From positions 62,001 through 126,000 of the forward strand of contig NW_003314387.1 of assembly GCF_000143415.4 (NCBI RefSeq): a stretch of 64,000 nucleotides of DNA. The letters run 5' to 3'. Under the pieces are notes generated by a model that searched no databases, was not told where the DNA came from, and was given only the letters and a program-made list of their open reading frames with translations. The DNA comes from Selaginella moellendorffii. Taxonomy: Eukaryota; Plantae; Lycopodiophyta. Positions 1 to 12,426 of this stretch are shown in pieces (the stretch's first letter is position 1; each line of letters starts with the position of its first letter). The position numbers were made by a program, and so were the translations under genes.

Positions 1-842
1 GGTGATGGACGTCCAGGAACCGGTCTCGGAGCAGTAGACGCGCATGAAGGGCTGCTTGTACTCACGAATGTCCGGCACCAGGATGGGGAGGTCTACCGGC
101 TGGACGACGCTCACCTCGTACAGCAACCCGCTGATTTCGTCCGCGTCCATCACACCCATGGTGAACACCTTATATGACGAGGCCGAATGCGAGCACTGCA
201 TGCCTGGATGGAAACCACGGACATTGTGAGTAGAGAAGGAAAAGGTGTAAGCTTCGTTCTTTTCGTTTCAATCAGCTGGAGCTACTTACCGGAGTAGACG
301 ATCTCTTCGCCAGAGCTCATATCCAAAGACGGGAGCTTCTTGGTCTCCTTGGTGAAAGGGTTCACCTAGGAAAAGCAATGAAGAGAATCGTGAGTCTTGT
401 CTAGAGCGATTGATCGAGAAACACGAAAGCTTTCTCCCTGGAAGTGATAGATCGAGAGAAGAAAGGGGAATTTTCTTTCTACACATACCACAGTGAAATG
501 GCCGTGCTTGTCCTGGAGCAGCAGGAGGCCGAGCGAGCACGAGACGATGCTAGTGTCCGGTGTCGTGGGGATCCACGGATTCCTCGGCTCGCGAAAGAAG
601 CCCCTTGGCTTGCCGCTGAGGACATCCATTCCAAAGACAAAGCCATTGCGCGCGAGCATGAAGAGCAACCAGGGCTTGGCGCCGATGACCATGTCATACC
701 TCCGCAAGAAGCTCTTCGTCGTGGAAATGCGGCGCCAGAACTTGCAAACCGCGCGCGACCGCAGGAGATCGTCGAGCGGGAGCTTGGCGAGGATCATCTC
801 CTGGAGCAATCGCGGCAGAGGCAGCGGCAGTGGAGATTCCAT
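1..842 (-). CDS. F-box protein, multi-exon, 3' end runs off the window start
   Basis: F-box motif LPRLLQEMILAKLPLDDLLRSRAVCKFWRRI. GT-AG intron at ~366-488. Close paralog at 45276-46948. Confidence 0.85.
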
Positions 843-963
843 GCAACGCAAAAACCTTAAACCCTAGCTGGCGTTGCTTGAGCTCAAAGTTTAGAATCTT
901 CGAATATGCCTTTATTTAAATTTTCCAAGCTATGGTATATACATTGCCGAGTGATTGATAGAA

Positions 964-3900
964 TCACGTAGATTGTAGATTGTAGCCTCCACCCAGGAAG
1001 CCTTTGTTGAGCGGATTGTTCCCCGACGAGAAATTCGACCCTTGCGAGTCCAAATCTTTTCTCCGCTCCCTCTCCAATTGCTCCTTCTTCTTGTGCTCGA
1101 AAAACTTCTTCTTCACCGAGTCAATCTCGCCTTTGAGCTGCTCAATCTCGGCCTTGTATCCATAAACTTGCCCCTGTGATGATTCAGAGATGAAGAGTTG
1201 CTCAATCACAACGAGAGAGAACAGAACGCGAAGAGAAAAAACCAACCTGATACATTTGCAGCTCGGATGCCATTGCTTTCATTTGCCTCGTCTTCTCCTT
1301 GAGACTTTTCGAGTAGACCGCCAATTGTTCTACCATCTCTGGTCCCGGTTGTCTTGCCAAGATGTTTCGAAGCTCCACATACAGCTTCTCCTTCTCTTGA
1401 ATAAGCAGATCCTTCTCAACGACCTGGAAGAGAACTCGGACATGTCAGACGACCGAAACAAGAACGAATGGAAACAAGAAAACAAATAGACGAAGTCCTT
1501 CACTTGCCTGCTCGGTCTTTAAGATCAACCGCTTCTGCAAAGTTTGGATCTTCAATATCATTTCATAAGCGCTGGGATCAGTTCCTTCGAGTTGCCTCCA
1601 CCGATGCACATTGAGAGGATTCTCTAGCTCCTCCGACAGTGCTTTTACCTGGCACACACACACACACACACACAAAGGAAAAAAAAGTGCGGTTAGAAAT
1701 TGATCCAGTGGTTTTATTAGCGAACCTTTGTGCGCTCCTGCAGAAGCTCTCGGCTGAGATTGTGAACTTCTCGCTTCAGAACTTGAATGTTGTTGACGGA
1801 GCCTTTCAATATACTCTGCTCACGCTTCAAATCTGTTATCTTGATCTTCAAAAGTCGGAGTTCGTTCAGCCGACAACGATACTGGACTTGTCCTTTCGTT
1901 AACGTGGACTGCTGAATTTTGATTTTTTCATAGAGCAATGCAAGCTCCTCGTTTCTTCTCATGAGCTGTTTCAGCGGAAAAAGAAACGCGCAAAGTCAGA
2001 GAGACAGAAAGGCAACCACAATCTCACCTGAGTTCCTAGGATATCTCTCTCGCTTTTAATGACATCAAGTTCCTTCTTTTGCCGAGAGCGTTCGTCGTCC
2101 GCTTCGCTGATGATGTGATTGAGATTTTCAATGGTAGACAGATGCGATCCAATGACTGACTCCGCCTCCCTGATTTCTTGGTGAATTTTGCTAAGATCTT
2201 GCTTCAACGCTTCTCTTTCTTTCTCAATCTGTTAAACAGCGTATAGTCATACCACGAAAAAGAAACAGGAAAACATACCTTAGCATGGTCTGCGTGTTCT
2301 TTGATTAGCGCTTGATCCTTGGCATTTATTTCCTCTTTCAACTGTTCGATCTGGTGGTTCATTATTTTGATCCTTCGTCTCAATTCGTCAATCTGGTCTT
2401 GAGCCTCGACCAGGTTTTTGCTGTAGAGGTTCCTTTCGCTCCTCACAGACTCGTAGAGGTTCTGCTGGATTTTGTATTTGTTTTCCGCTTCTAGAATTTT
2501 TTTCTGGAGCTCCATGATAGTAACCTCTCGGGATTTAACTTCATCCAATGCCTGCAATCTCAAAGTAAATACGTATGGCAACCAAGCAGCCATGGAACAG
2601 AAGAACCTGCATGTACTTGACGCCAGCCTGAGTGGCCTCAGCACCGTACTTTTGTCGTTCTTTCTCGAGCTGCTGTATCACTTTCTCTTGTTTCGCAGAT
2701 GATTGTCGGTATGTCTGTATTTCAATCTCCAGGTTATGTACAGCGACCTCGTTGATCTTCACCAGATCGCTTTGCTTCTCGATAGCAGTTTCTGCCTGAG
2801 GTGTTGGAAGCAATCAGCAAAGCAACCACAGCATAAATGAAATGTACCTGTGTTTTCAACTTGTTCAACACATCCCGCTCCCGCAACAGGTCTTCTTGAC
2901 GCTTACGTTCTTGTTCTGTCAGTTTACGTTGCGCTTCTAGTTCCCTTTCTAGATTCACGACGTCGCTTTTGACAGAGTCCCGCTGCTTTTCCACGTCTTC
3001 CTTCGCTTTCTCTGCACCCTTCAGCTTGTTCACTGTAGCCTCCCGTATCTGCAATTGATTGATTAGCACACTTGGTATCGAACGAGTCAACTTGCAAGCT
3101 CACAAACCTTGTTTACGCGCGCTATCTCAGATTTGAGAACCTGAATTTCCTCGTCTTTAAGCTTCATTTCCACTTGCTTTTGACTGTTCTCGGCGAGGAG
3201 CTGAGTGTTCCCGTGTATCTGCTCTTCCAGGTCCCCGTGAAGCTTTGTAACCTGATGTTAGCAGTAAAAGCCACTCTTCAGGTTTATCTGCTGTAAGCAA
3301 AGTGAAGGACATCGCTTCGAGAGTGACCTTCTGAGTCACAATATCGAGCTCCTTCTGAGCTTTCTCGGTTGCTTGTCTTTGTTCTCGAAGCGCTAGCTCT
3401 AGCCGGGCAACCTGCTCTTCATTTTCTGTAAGCGTTGCTTGTTTAACTCGGATGTCATTCTGCTTTGCTTCCAAAGACATCTTCAAGTCCTTGATGTCTT
3501 TTTCCATTCTCTCCTTCTTCTTTTGCTCCCTAGAACAAGTTACATCTACTTGAGTAATCAGCCACGCAAACAAGTTGCATCTACCTTTCACTTTCTGATT
3601 TCTTCGCAGCGATTTGCTCTCGAAGACTAGCAACGTCCTGCTCCATAGAAATCTTCTGCTCCTCCGCTACCTTCTGTTTCTCGCTAAGATCGGTCACTTC
3701 CTTGCGAAGCTGAACTATTTGATCCAATTGCAGGTCCCTTTCCAAAGTCAGGTCTTCTTTTTGTTTCAACAACTCGTTTAGCTGCAAGTATAGAAACAGC
3801 CATAATAACAAAACAAAGAATTCATGATTCACTTACCTCTTGCTCCTGTCCCATGCTCAGACCACATCCTTGCTCAATTATCTGACTCAGGTTCGCAATT

Positions 3901-4523
3901 TCGGTCTTTAGCTGTCTGCAATCAAAGCGGGTCGAAAGAAAAAAAGCAAGCGAGTAAAATGACTGCGAAAGAAAATAGTATCGCTTACAGGATATTGTCT
4001 TTCGCCTTGGCCTCCTTCTCTTGAGAAGCATCCACCATTTTCCATGCTTTGTCTATCTCTTTCTTCAAAGCAAGTATAGTGTTTTGATCCTCCTCGTTGA
4101 GCTTCAGAGCATTCTGGACTTTGGAAGCATTTGCCAAAATCTCCGTGTTGAGCTCTCGGCATTTCTTTATGAGTCTTTTCTCGCTCTCTGGAAGAAGAGA
4201 AAGTGAAAAATAAAACACAAACTTTACTAGCAAAGAAGGCATACCATGAGATTTCTTGAGAGCCCTGTGCAGCTTCTCATACTCAATTCGAAAGCGATCA
4301 AGAGATTTATCCGCTTGTAACTCTTGCAGAACCTACACAATACGAGCTGGCGGCCCTCTTAGTAAAACAAAACCAGAGATTTCACACAGAAAAAGAAAAA
4401 TCGAAGCAAAACCTCTTGAAAATCCCGCTCCAGAGCCTCAAATGCCTTCAATTCAAATCCTCCCATGGCCTCCTGCGCCCTCAATTTCTCCTTGCGCACG
4501 GCCTCCTCGTCGTCGTCCGCCAT
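964..4523 (-). CDS. CFAP58: Cilia- and flagella-associated protein 58 (CCDC147), multi-exon coiled-coil protein
   Basis: Exons read MADDDEE..AFEALERDFQE, EYEKLHRALKKSH/ESEKRLIKKCRELN, QQNLYESVRSERNLYSKNL, RRNEELALLYEKIKIQQSTL, ALSEELENPLNVHRWRQLEGTDP, QKRLILKTE and GFLGGGYNL. Short GT-AG introns; ATG at 4523, stop at 964. Confidence 0.92.
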
Positions 4524-4805
4524 TTCTTGCGCTGGATCTTGAGCTCACACTAGCGAAAATTCCACGCTTCTCGCAGAATCATGGCGGACGATCCAAGCCC
4601 CGCTCCAAGCGCATGCCGCTTGCATTCTCCCAGGCCCTCGCCCTCTGTTCTAAAGCCCTAACCCTAACTCTAACTGCGCCATCTCCAATTTCAAAAACGA
4701 GGTATATTCCCAGATTTTATCTTCTTGCTCTTCTTCTAAGCTCGCGCTCCCTCGATCAGAGAAATCGATCACTAGTTCATCCGAGAAGATCCGAGAAAGC
4801 ACTGA

Positions 4806-6305
4806 TCATCGGAGGAGTAGCAGAGGAACCTCCGGGATTGCGTTCCCGACCTCTCTGGCCTCGGCAAATCTGTGGAACTTGTGGAGCAGCCGGACGAGAT
4901 TGAGGCAGTTCCTGGGCTCCGGAAGAACTCCCCTCTCCTTCATCTGGGTGAAGAGCTCGTAGCATGCGGTGGCTTTGCTCGCGGCGCAGTGGCTCGCCAG
5001 GAGCAAGTTGTAGATGGAGCTGTCCGGCTCGCGGCCGATCCCAATCATCTCCTTGAAAATCCTGTGAGCTTCCATCGGCCTCCCTTCCTTGCAGAGCTTC
5101 TTGATGAGGAACGAGTACGTGACCGTGTCCGGCAAGCACCCGGTAGCGATCATTCTCTGGACGTGGCGGTGAGCTTCGTCCAGTTTGTCCATCTTGCACA
5201 ACGCCTCGAGCAAGAACCTGTGCGTTGCAGCGTCCGGAGAGCATCCCTGCGAAGCCATCTCGTTCATCACCCATCGCGCGTTTTCCACGCGACGAACTTT
5301 GCACAGCCCCTCGATCACGGCATTGAAGGTCGCGAGCTCCGGGACGCAGCCGGACTCCACCATCTGCCGCAGCAACTCGCTGCCCTCGTCGAGAAATCCC
5401 CGCTTGAAGCAGCCACGAACAAGGAAGCTGAAAGTCGCAGAGTTTGGAAGAACACCAGCCTCGATCATCTGCTCGAACAGCAAGTAAGCGCCGTGGAGTT
5501 GGAGCTCAGACATCGCCTCGATGATCCTGTTGTAGATCCCAACATCTGGCAAGAAGCTTTCCTCGTTCATGCTGTAGAGGAGGTCCACCGCCTTGTCCAC
5601 TCGTTTCTCATCACACAGCGCCGAGACGACGATGGAGTAAGACTCAAGATCCGTGTCACGGTTCTTTTCCATCTTTGCAAAGTGATCCAGCGCGTCGTCG
5701 ACTCTCTTGGCCCTGATCAATCCCCTGAGAATCGCGTTGTGGAGGCCGACATCAATGTGGAATCCCATCTTCTCCATCTGTGCTAGAATCCTCGTTGCCG
5801 GATCCATATCCCCGACGTAGCAGTAGCCTTCCACCATGGTCTTGTACGCAATGGCGCTGCGAGCACAGTAGCGCCAGAGGTCTCTCGTGAAGAGCGCGAA
5901 GGCATCGCCGGCGAGGCGGGCCTTGTGGAAGACGCGCAGTAGCGCCGCGCACGTCTCGCCATTGTGGATGAATCCCGTCTGCTTGCCCGCCCAATCGAAG
6001 AGAGCCCTCGCCTCCGCCGGATTCCTCGTCTTGCCGATGGCGAATGCGGCGGCGATCGGCGTCAACCGGCCCTTGTAGCTGCCCAGCAGCGATCTGGAAT
6101 GCGCTCTCAGCAGCCTCTCACCTTCTTCCAGCGCTTGGATCCGCGCTGCTTGCTCCCGCACCCTCCTGGCGCTCTCCTCTTTCATTTCTTGCAGCCATTC
6201 CGCGGACATTGCCGCATTTGCCTGTGACCCTGCGCGAGGATTGCTGTCCGGGACGACCATCGTCATCCCAGACGCCCGACGGAGGGCGCCAATGCAGCAC
6301 CTCAT
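4806..6305 (-). CDS. P-type pentatricopeptide repeat protein, intronless; start codon uncertain
   Basis: About ten 35-aa repeats, e.g. PDTVTYSFLIKKLCKEGRPMEAHRIFKEMIGIG and LATFNAVIEGLCKVRRVENA. Typical ALFDWAGKQTGFIHN N-terminal motif. Confidence 0.92.
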   Translation of the reverse strand: MRCCIGALRRASGMTMVVPDSNPRAGSQANAAMSAEWLQEMKEESARRVREQAARIQALEEGERLLRAHSRSLLGSYKGRLTPIAAAFAIGKTRNPAEARALFDWAGKQTGFIHNGETCAALLRVFHKARLAGDAFALFTRDLWRYCARSAIAYKTMVEGYCYVGDMDPATRILAQMEKMGFHIDVGLHNAILRGLIRAKRVDDALDHFAKMEKNRDTDLESYSIVVSALCDEKRVDKAVDLLYSMNEESFLPDVGIYNRIIEAMSELQLHGAYLLFEQMIEAGVLPNSATFSFLVRGCFKRGFLDEGSELLRQMVESGCVPELATFNAVIEGLCKVRRVENARWVMNEMASQGCSPDAATHRFLLEALCKMDKLDEAHRHVQRMIATGCLPDTVTYSFLIKKLCKEGRPMEAHRIFKEMIGIGREPDSSIYNLLLASHCAASKATACYELFTQMKERGVLPEPRNCLNLVRLLHKFHRFAEAREVGNAIPEVPLLLLR

Positions 6306-6951
6306 GCTGCCCTAGAACCCTAAACCACATATTCACGGTGGGTTTAGGGTTCCTGAGAGAAAAAAGGTTTTTATTTTCCAATAATTTTAAGGACCCAGAA
6401 AATCGCAGCCGTCCTGCAGCTGGAGGCAATCTAACGGCTTAGGACACCTTTGAAGAATTATATCTATCTTATAAAAATGTATAGAGTACACATTTTCTTT
6501 ATGTAAATGTGTGCACAAAAAAATACTTAGAATAGGGGACGTTTATAAAAACTATCTATCTTGTATATTAGTTAAATTCTCATAAAGGACGATCTCGGCC
6601 TATGATGCGTAGTCTACTCAAAGGTTATTGATCAGCTGAGCTGATCCGGGTGGAGGCTGACGTTAGGATGGGCTATACCATAATAGACAGGTTCGGCAAG
6701 TGTGAAGTCCCAAAGGAAAGTCTTCAGTCCACAAAAACTATTAACAGCTCCTCATCATCAATGTAACAACAAGAGGCAATATCATGAACCAACACAAACA
6801 CTTCAATTACAAAACAATGTATACAGGTCCATGTTATCGATCTCAAGTGATAATAATCACGCCGCAAGCATTACTATAATTTAAAGAAAGACCAACACAC
6901 AAAGACTGGACTGGACTCGATTCTGTACATGCGTTCTTGGGGAAGAGCAAA

Positions 6952-7048
6952 CCGCTTATTCGCTTATTCGCTTTACCGCTTATTCGCTTATTTGGTCGCA
7001 GGAGGAGTCTCCGGGTCTTTCCCAAAGTTAGCAGACCGCTTATTCGCC
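6952..7048. repeat. Short tandem GCTTATTC repeats downstream of PRISE copy 1
   Basis: ccgcttattcgcttattcgctttaccgcttattcgcttatt, plus another ccgcttattcg at ~7036. Confidence 0.6.
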
Positions 7049-7061
7049 TGCGACCAGCGAA

Positions 7062-8147
7062 CTAGGGCACGATCTTTTCCGCCTTGAGCACCTGGATCCA
7101 GTGCTGCAGAGACTTCTCGCTGTTTCGAAATCCCAGAAACCCGAGCTCCTTGCTCTTGTTCATGCTGCACAAGTTCTCCACCGGAGCCGCGAACATTGCA
7201 TCCAGGAACCAAAACTGCCCAACATCCTGAAACTTTGTGGGCAGCAGCTTATGCTCGCGCACAAGCGCATCCCAGGCCCCATCTCTCCCCTTCATCAGAC
7301 TCTCCAGGTTGAAGCTCTCGCCGTCGAACGGGACAGGATCCAGCCCCATCTCGTCCGCGATCACAGCCCAGAGGCGCTTCCATTTGAACACATCCCCGTT
7401 GGTGGTATTGAGCGCCTGGTTCTTGGCAGCCGGATGCGTGGCAGCCCAGATCTCCTGCTCGGCAATCAGATCCGCATCGGATGCATCTATCAGGCCCTCC
7501 CATGTCGCCCTGCTCCCGAAGAATCGGAATGGCAGCTTGTCGCGCTTGCAGATCGCGGCGTAGACGGCCAGCCCCAGGATACAATTCATATAGTTCCTGG
7601 GTGCGAATCCAAAGATGGCGCCGGGGCGGTGGATCGAATACGTGAGATGCGGGTGCTGCTTCACCCTGTCGAACAGGAGATCCTCCTGGACGTAGTAGAA
7701 GTTGGGGACCGGAAGCCTGGGAGAGTCTTCCCGGAACGGAACCTCCGCGGGCATCACATCCTGCCACTGATCGAACGGCCCCACGTAGTGCTTCGCCCCC
7801 GTGGTCAGGCAGACATGGCGGAGCGCTCCTGGAAGCAGAGCGTCGAGGGTGTTGCGGAAGATCGTCCCATTCGCATCGCAGTTCTCCTCCTCCGTTTGCA
7901 TGGGGATCCAGGCCGCCCAGAAGAGAGTCGTGATGCGGTTCTTGAGCGGCGACAGCTTGGTCTGCACATCCACCCCATCCAGCAGATCCAGCTGCACGTA
8001 GCTCACTTTGCTGGGCAGCCAGTCGGGGCGATCGCGGCGCCCCGTGCCGTAGACTTGCCAGGACCCCTGCTCCAGGAGCTTGCGGCAGATGCTGTTCCCA
8101 TTGATGCCGGTCACGCCGATTACAATCGCCACACGCTCTTCCGCCAT
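7062..8147 (-). CDS. VEP1: PRISE (progesterone 5-beta-reductase/iridoid synthase-like SDR), copy 1
   Basis: Motifs GVTGING, GTGRR, TGAKHYVGP, NFYYVQED, HRP, DADLIAEQEIWA and GDVFKWK. Intronless. Confidence 0.92.
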   Translation of the reverse strand: MAEERVAIVIGVTGINGNSICRKLLEQGSWQVYGTGRRDRPDWLPSKVSYVQLDLLDGVDVQTKLSPLKNRITTLFWAAWIPMQTEEENCDANGTIFRNTLDALLPGALRHVCLTTGAKHYVGPFDQWQDVMPAEVPFREDSPRLPVPNFYYVQEDLLFDRVKQHPHLTYSIHRPGAIFGFAPRNYMNCILGLAVYAAICKRDKLPFRFFGSRATWEGLIDASDADLIAEQEIWAATHPAAKNQALNTTNGDVFKWKRLWAVIADEMGLDPVPFDGESFNLESLMKGRDGAWDALVREHKLLPTKFQDVGQFWFLDAMFAAPVENLCSMNKSKELGFLGFRNSEKSLQHWIQVLKAEKIVP

Positions 8148-8459
8148 AGGCACACACAAACACTGGGCCCAAGTGGAGTTAAATACTGGTCTGCGGATGT
8201 GGTGCCGTGCCGTGGTGAAAGAAGCATCTACTTAAAAATGACAAAACAGTATGTAATATTAAAAAAAATTACATAGTTTATATCTGGTGATGCATTGCAT
8301 CTGATCAATTTGTGGTTTGTTTAATGGATATTGAATATAGATAAAATATGCTTGGATATTCTAGAATATTTTACCATCTTGGTTTGCTTAAGCAAACCTG
8401 TTAGTAGTGAATATACCTAAAATATGCTTCAATATTTTAGGATATTCTACCTTCTAACT

Positions 8460-9700
8460 GTTGTTATTCATTTAGATTAATTTTTGTATTTATAATTTAT
8501 AAACATTCTTAAACCCTTTCTAGTATATTCTTTTTTATTCTATTATCTAATGGTTGATATGCAATAAAAATTAATCTTGTGTTTATAAATTACAAACATG
8601 CTTATAATTATAAATTTTATTTGATCAATTGGATTAATAAGTAAGAATAACACTACTATCTTATCATTATTATTATATGCAAATTTATAGTTCTTTATTT
8701 TGTATATTTTCATGATGATATAACTAGCACCTACATTGGAGCTGATACATATAAAAATTACTTATCACAACCCTCAATGCATCATGTGCATTCCTTAATC
8801 CCCAATTTGTCCAATCTTTGAGCAGCATCAACTCTACTACTTCACTAATAAAAAGGCATTGTCTATCAAGGCATTGTACAAGTATTGCTTAGTAGAGCAA
8901 TTAATTTGAGGCTGCAGTCTTGGAGAATAAAGTATCAGCATTGTTTATTTATATGTTACCTTTGCCAAACATAATAGACAATGTAGAAAGTAGTGGTAGT
9001 TCAAGCCACAGGTGAAACAGTGAACTCTTACATACTAAGCTGGACATACCTGAATCTCTAAACCCAAGACTCCTCCAGCATCAATCCACATCAATATTGA
9101 ATTGAAGATTTCAAAGATTAGTTACATACTTCAAAGCTGTGGCAACTCTAAGTACCAAAACTATGGATTCATGAAAGCATTTTGGTGCAAACAAATGATA
9201 ATACTCACTCAAAGCTGTGGCAGAAATCCTGAAGGATCTACCTCTTCCCAACAGACAACCATACATGAATCTACCAATATAGGGAGCCATGTCAACAGGG
9301 AGCCAAGAGAACCATTACCATTGACAAGAATATTAAGAATATTCTGCACACTAAAGAATATTCTATTAAGTTAGTGGAAATATTTTTATTAAATAGGTAT
9401 TTTAGTAAGTTTAATAGTATTTAGATCTGTGTGAACTACCAATATCTAATCTTATTGGCAAGAATAACACTACTATTAAGTAAACCAAGTGTTGTTATAT
9501 GCAACATAAAACAATTTATTATTCATTTAGATAAATTTTGTATTTCTAATTTATAAACTTTCTTAAACACTTCTTAGTATATTCTAGTTTATTCTACCAT
9601 CTAATTATTGATATTTAATAAGATTAATCTTGTGTTTATAAATTATAAGCATGTTTATAATTATAAACTTCCATTAGATACATTGAATTAATAAATTCAT
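8460..9700. repeat. AT-rich ~200-bp dispersed repeat (copies at ~8460-8660, ~9520-9700, ~11270-11450)
   Basis: Shared core ttcttaaac..tagtatatt..attaatcttgtgtttataaattacaaacatgcttataattataaa. Confidence 0.6.
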
Positions 9701-9754
9701 TAAATTATATGTAATGTATAACAAATTATTTTTGGTTTGTTTAAGTAAAAACCT

Positions 9755-11040
9755 ATAAGGGGACCGGGATATGTGAAACACAAATCCTTAAGCCCCAAAG
9801 TGGAGCTGAAACAATGCTATCTGATGCTGAAGTAGAAGCCAAACAAATGCAACACATTTGGACTAAAATGCTTTCACTTAAATAGTCAAGAATGGGAGTG
9901 GAACTCCTAACGAAGTGCTCAGGGAACGAACATGAAACAAGTTGTAAGTGAGTCTCTAGAAAAAGGACCTAAGACGGAGTTTAAAATAGGACTCAAGATG
10001 GACCCGAGATGGAGTTCGAGATGGAGTATAAAATAGGCCCAAGAAGGAGTCCGAGATGGACTTGAGATGGAGTCCAAGATGGATCTAAGATGGAGTCTAA
10101 GATGAACTTGAGAAAAAATCTAAAATGGACCTGAGATGTTGTCCAAAATGAAATCCAAGATACACCTAAGATGGAGTCCAAAATGTAGTCCGAGATGGAA
10201 CTAAGATGAAGCCTGAGATGGAGTCCAAAATGGAACTGGGACTGAGGCCGAGACCAAGTCTAAGTCTGAGACCGAGTCTGAGTCCAAGTCCAAATACTAA
10301 TATAGGTTACAATGAATATAGACTGATAAACAAGGGTAGCTTGGTGAAGTGTTCAAGAGTTGGCTATAATTCCCCCAGGAGATTGAATGGTTGATACTCT
10401 CAGTCCAAGCGTGGGTGGCACTATTTACTTGGATACTTGGCATGGCTCAATGAAACCTCATTCTAACCCCATGGCTAGAACAGTCAAAGGCAGAAGGTGC
10501 GGAGAGTACCCATGAGGCTCGCATAAGGCCTCAGTGTTCCAAAATGTTATCCTAAAGTCCCAAACTATGGAAAGGAAGAGGAGCAATCCTTTGGTGTAAT
10601 GACCAAGGATACAGTCACATAGTCAGGAAGTCTTAGAGCATAGTGGGACTTAATAGTCAGGCCGATGGGCCTTAATCCAGTGGCAATGTTGGTAAACATG
10701 GCCATGGATAGAAAGAGACTTAGTACAGATGGTCTAATTTTAGAGAGATGAATCTATGATGTAGGTGGTGTTGGACCACTAGTGTGACAAAAGGTGAATG
10801 AGCACAACCTTAATGCAATGAGTTAATAAATTAGTGATACCTTTAAGTGTTGATTATGGGATTGAATATGTGGAGCACTTGGACCAAGTGGCAAAGATTA
10901 AGTAGCATAGGTGCCATTTTTGGGGCTAACAAGTCCCCAAGTTTAGAATAAAATTTATAAAAGTGGGGAGTAAAAGTCTTCCAAGTGGTTGGAAGTGTGG
11001 TTAAATGACTAAAGTAAAATGAAAAATTTAATCACTTACA
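9755..11040. mobile_element. Degenerate LTR-like sequence with a 12-bp GATGGAGTCCAA tandem array (~9965-10290)
   Basis: The 12-bp periodic array resembles those in the LTRs at 34335 and 49109. Ends are approximate and no TSD was found. Confidence 0.45.
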
Positions 11041-11046
11041 ATATAC

Positions 11047-11270
11047 TATAAATAACTAAAGAGAACAACTTAAAAAATTATCTATATATTTCAAAAATAA
11101 AAAAAAAGGGATATGAATAAGAGTGCATCCCTTTTTTCAATCGGTTAAAGGCTTTTTTCACTCAATTAATGGTTTTGGGATACTTAAGATTAAATTTTTT
11201 TGGGGTTATATATCCTTGAGTTTGGGTTGAGTGACCTCCTGGGAAGTCCAAATTCATGAGTTAATTCATA
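11047..11270 (+). mobile_element. Degenerate second copy of the 5S-containing (Cassandra-like) LTR
   Basis: atgaataagagtgcatcccttttttcaatcggttaa and gtgacctcctgggaagtccaaa match the reverse complement of 27691-27884. Confidence 0.7.
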
Positions 11271-11599
11271 ATTTATAAACATGTTTATAAATTCTAAACT
11301 TTCTTAAACCCTTTTTAGTATATTTTTTTTCATTCTACCATCTAATGGTAATAAGATTAATCTTGTGTTTATAAATTACAAACATGCTTATAATTATAAA
11401 CTTTATTTGATCAATTGGATAAATAAATAGGAATAACACTATTATTAAGCAAACCAAGCATTGTTACATACAACACATAGCAAATCATTATCATTTCTAC
11501 AGAAAAAATAATACAAACTAAATTCTTAACAAGTTTTTGAAAATTGCTGACAAGTTATTACTAATACTAATAGTGAGTGTATCTTAACAGACAAAAACC

Positions 11600-12190
11600 T
11601 CTATAAAACTTGCAATCTTCAACATACCAGTTTTCATTTGAGTGTCAAACGAACCAGTGCTTTTGAGAACAATTCCTCTCCCAGGCCATCTAGCGAGCAC
11701 CATGTGCGTCTTTGAGAACAAAGGCACCTTGAATCCGTTTCCTGAGAGAAAGATTTAATTCACGATTCTCAATAAGAGCACTGTGAAACCTGTCCATGGC
11801 AAGGCCCTTGACATCCTATGAAAGCAGTGGAGGCGCTCGACATCGTTTCCAAGGTTGAGAACCGATCCTTTGGAAAATAAAACGTGCACTAAAGCTCATG
11901 TCAGATGCGTGCAAACAATACCGTGCCACAAAAAAGTTTTCACTAATCTGCTGGTCCTTCTTTCTGAATCTTTCCTGAAGGATATAATATTAAGAAGGAT
12001 ATTATATTAGTGTCTCCCAAGCCAAACAAGACCTGGCTGAAAAGAACATGTCTGTCACAAACTTCATGTTCACGCTTCATGTTTGCCAAGACACCCGGAG
12101 ATCCTTCTGAAAGCATAAACACCTGCAAAGAAATAAGAAAGATTCAATACTTCATTGTTTCCTTCTTTATTGCCCAAAAACTTGACGACC
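11600..12190. repeat. Duplicated inter-PRISE segment (partner ~13725-14150) with exon-like pieces of an unidentified gene on the - strand
   Basis: Shared blocks gagaacaattcctctcccaggccatctagcgagcacca, tggaggcgctcga..ttccaaggttgaga and gaaagcataaacacctgcaaa. Confidence 0.65.
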
Positions 12191-12426
12191 TATCGCTCGA
12201 GGAGATCCACCGCCCGACGTAGCACCATCTCGAAAAGAGCGCGAAGGGAGAGGCGGCCCGCCGCCGTAAGCCCGGAACACCACGTCATTAGTTTGCGTTA
12301 AGCAATGGGCTCAGAGCAAATATCCGACGCGATAATCCTTCACAAAGTTTTGTGAGCATTTCTCTAATTTTGAAGAGCAATACACTTATATGTAGAGCAG
12401 ACCGTACTCCTCCTGCAACCAGAGAA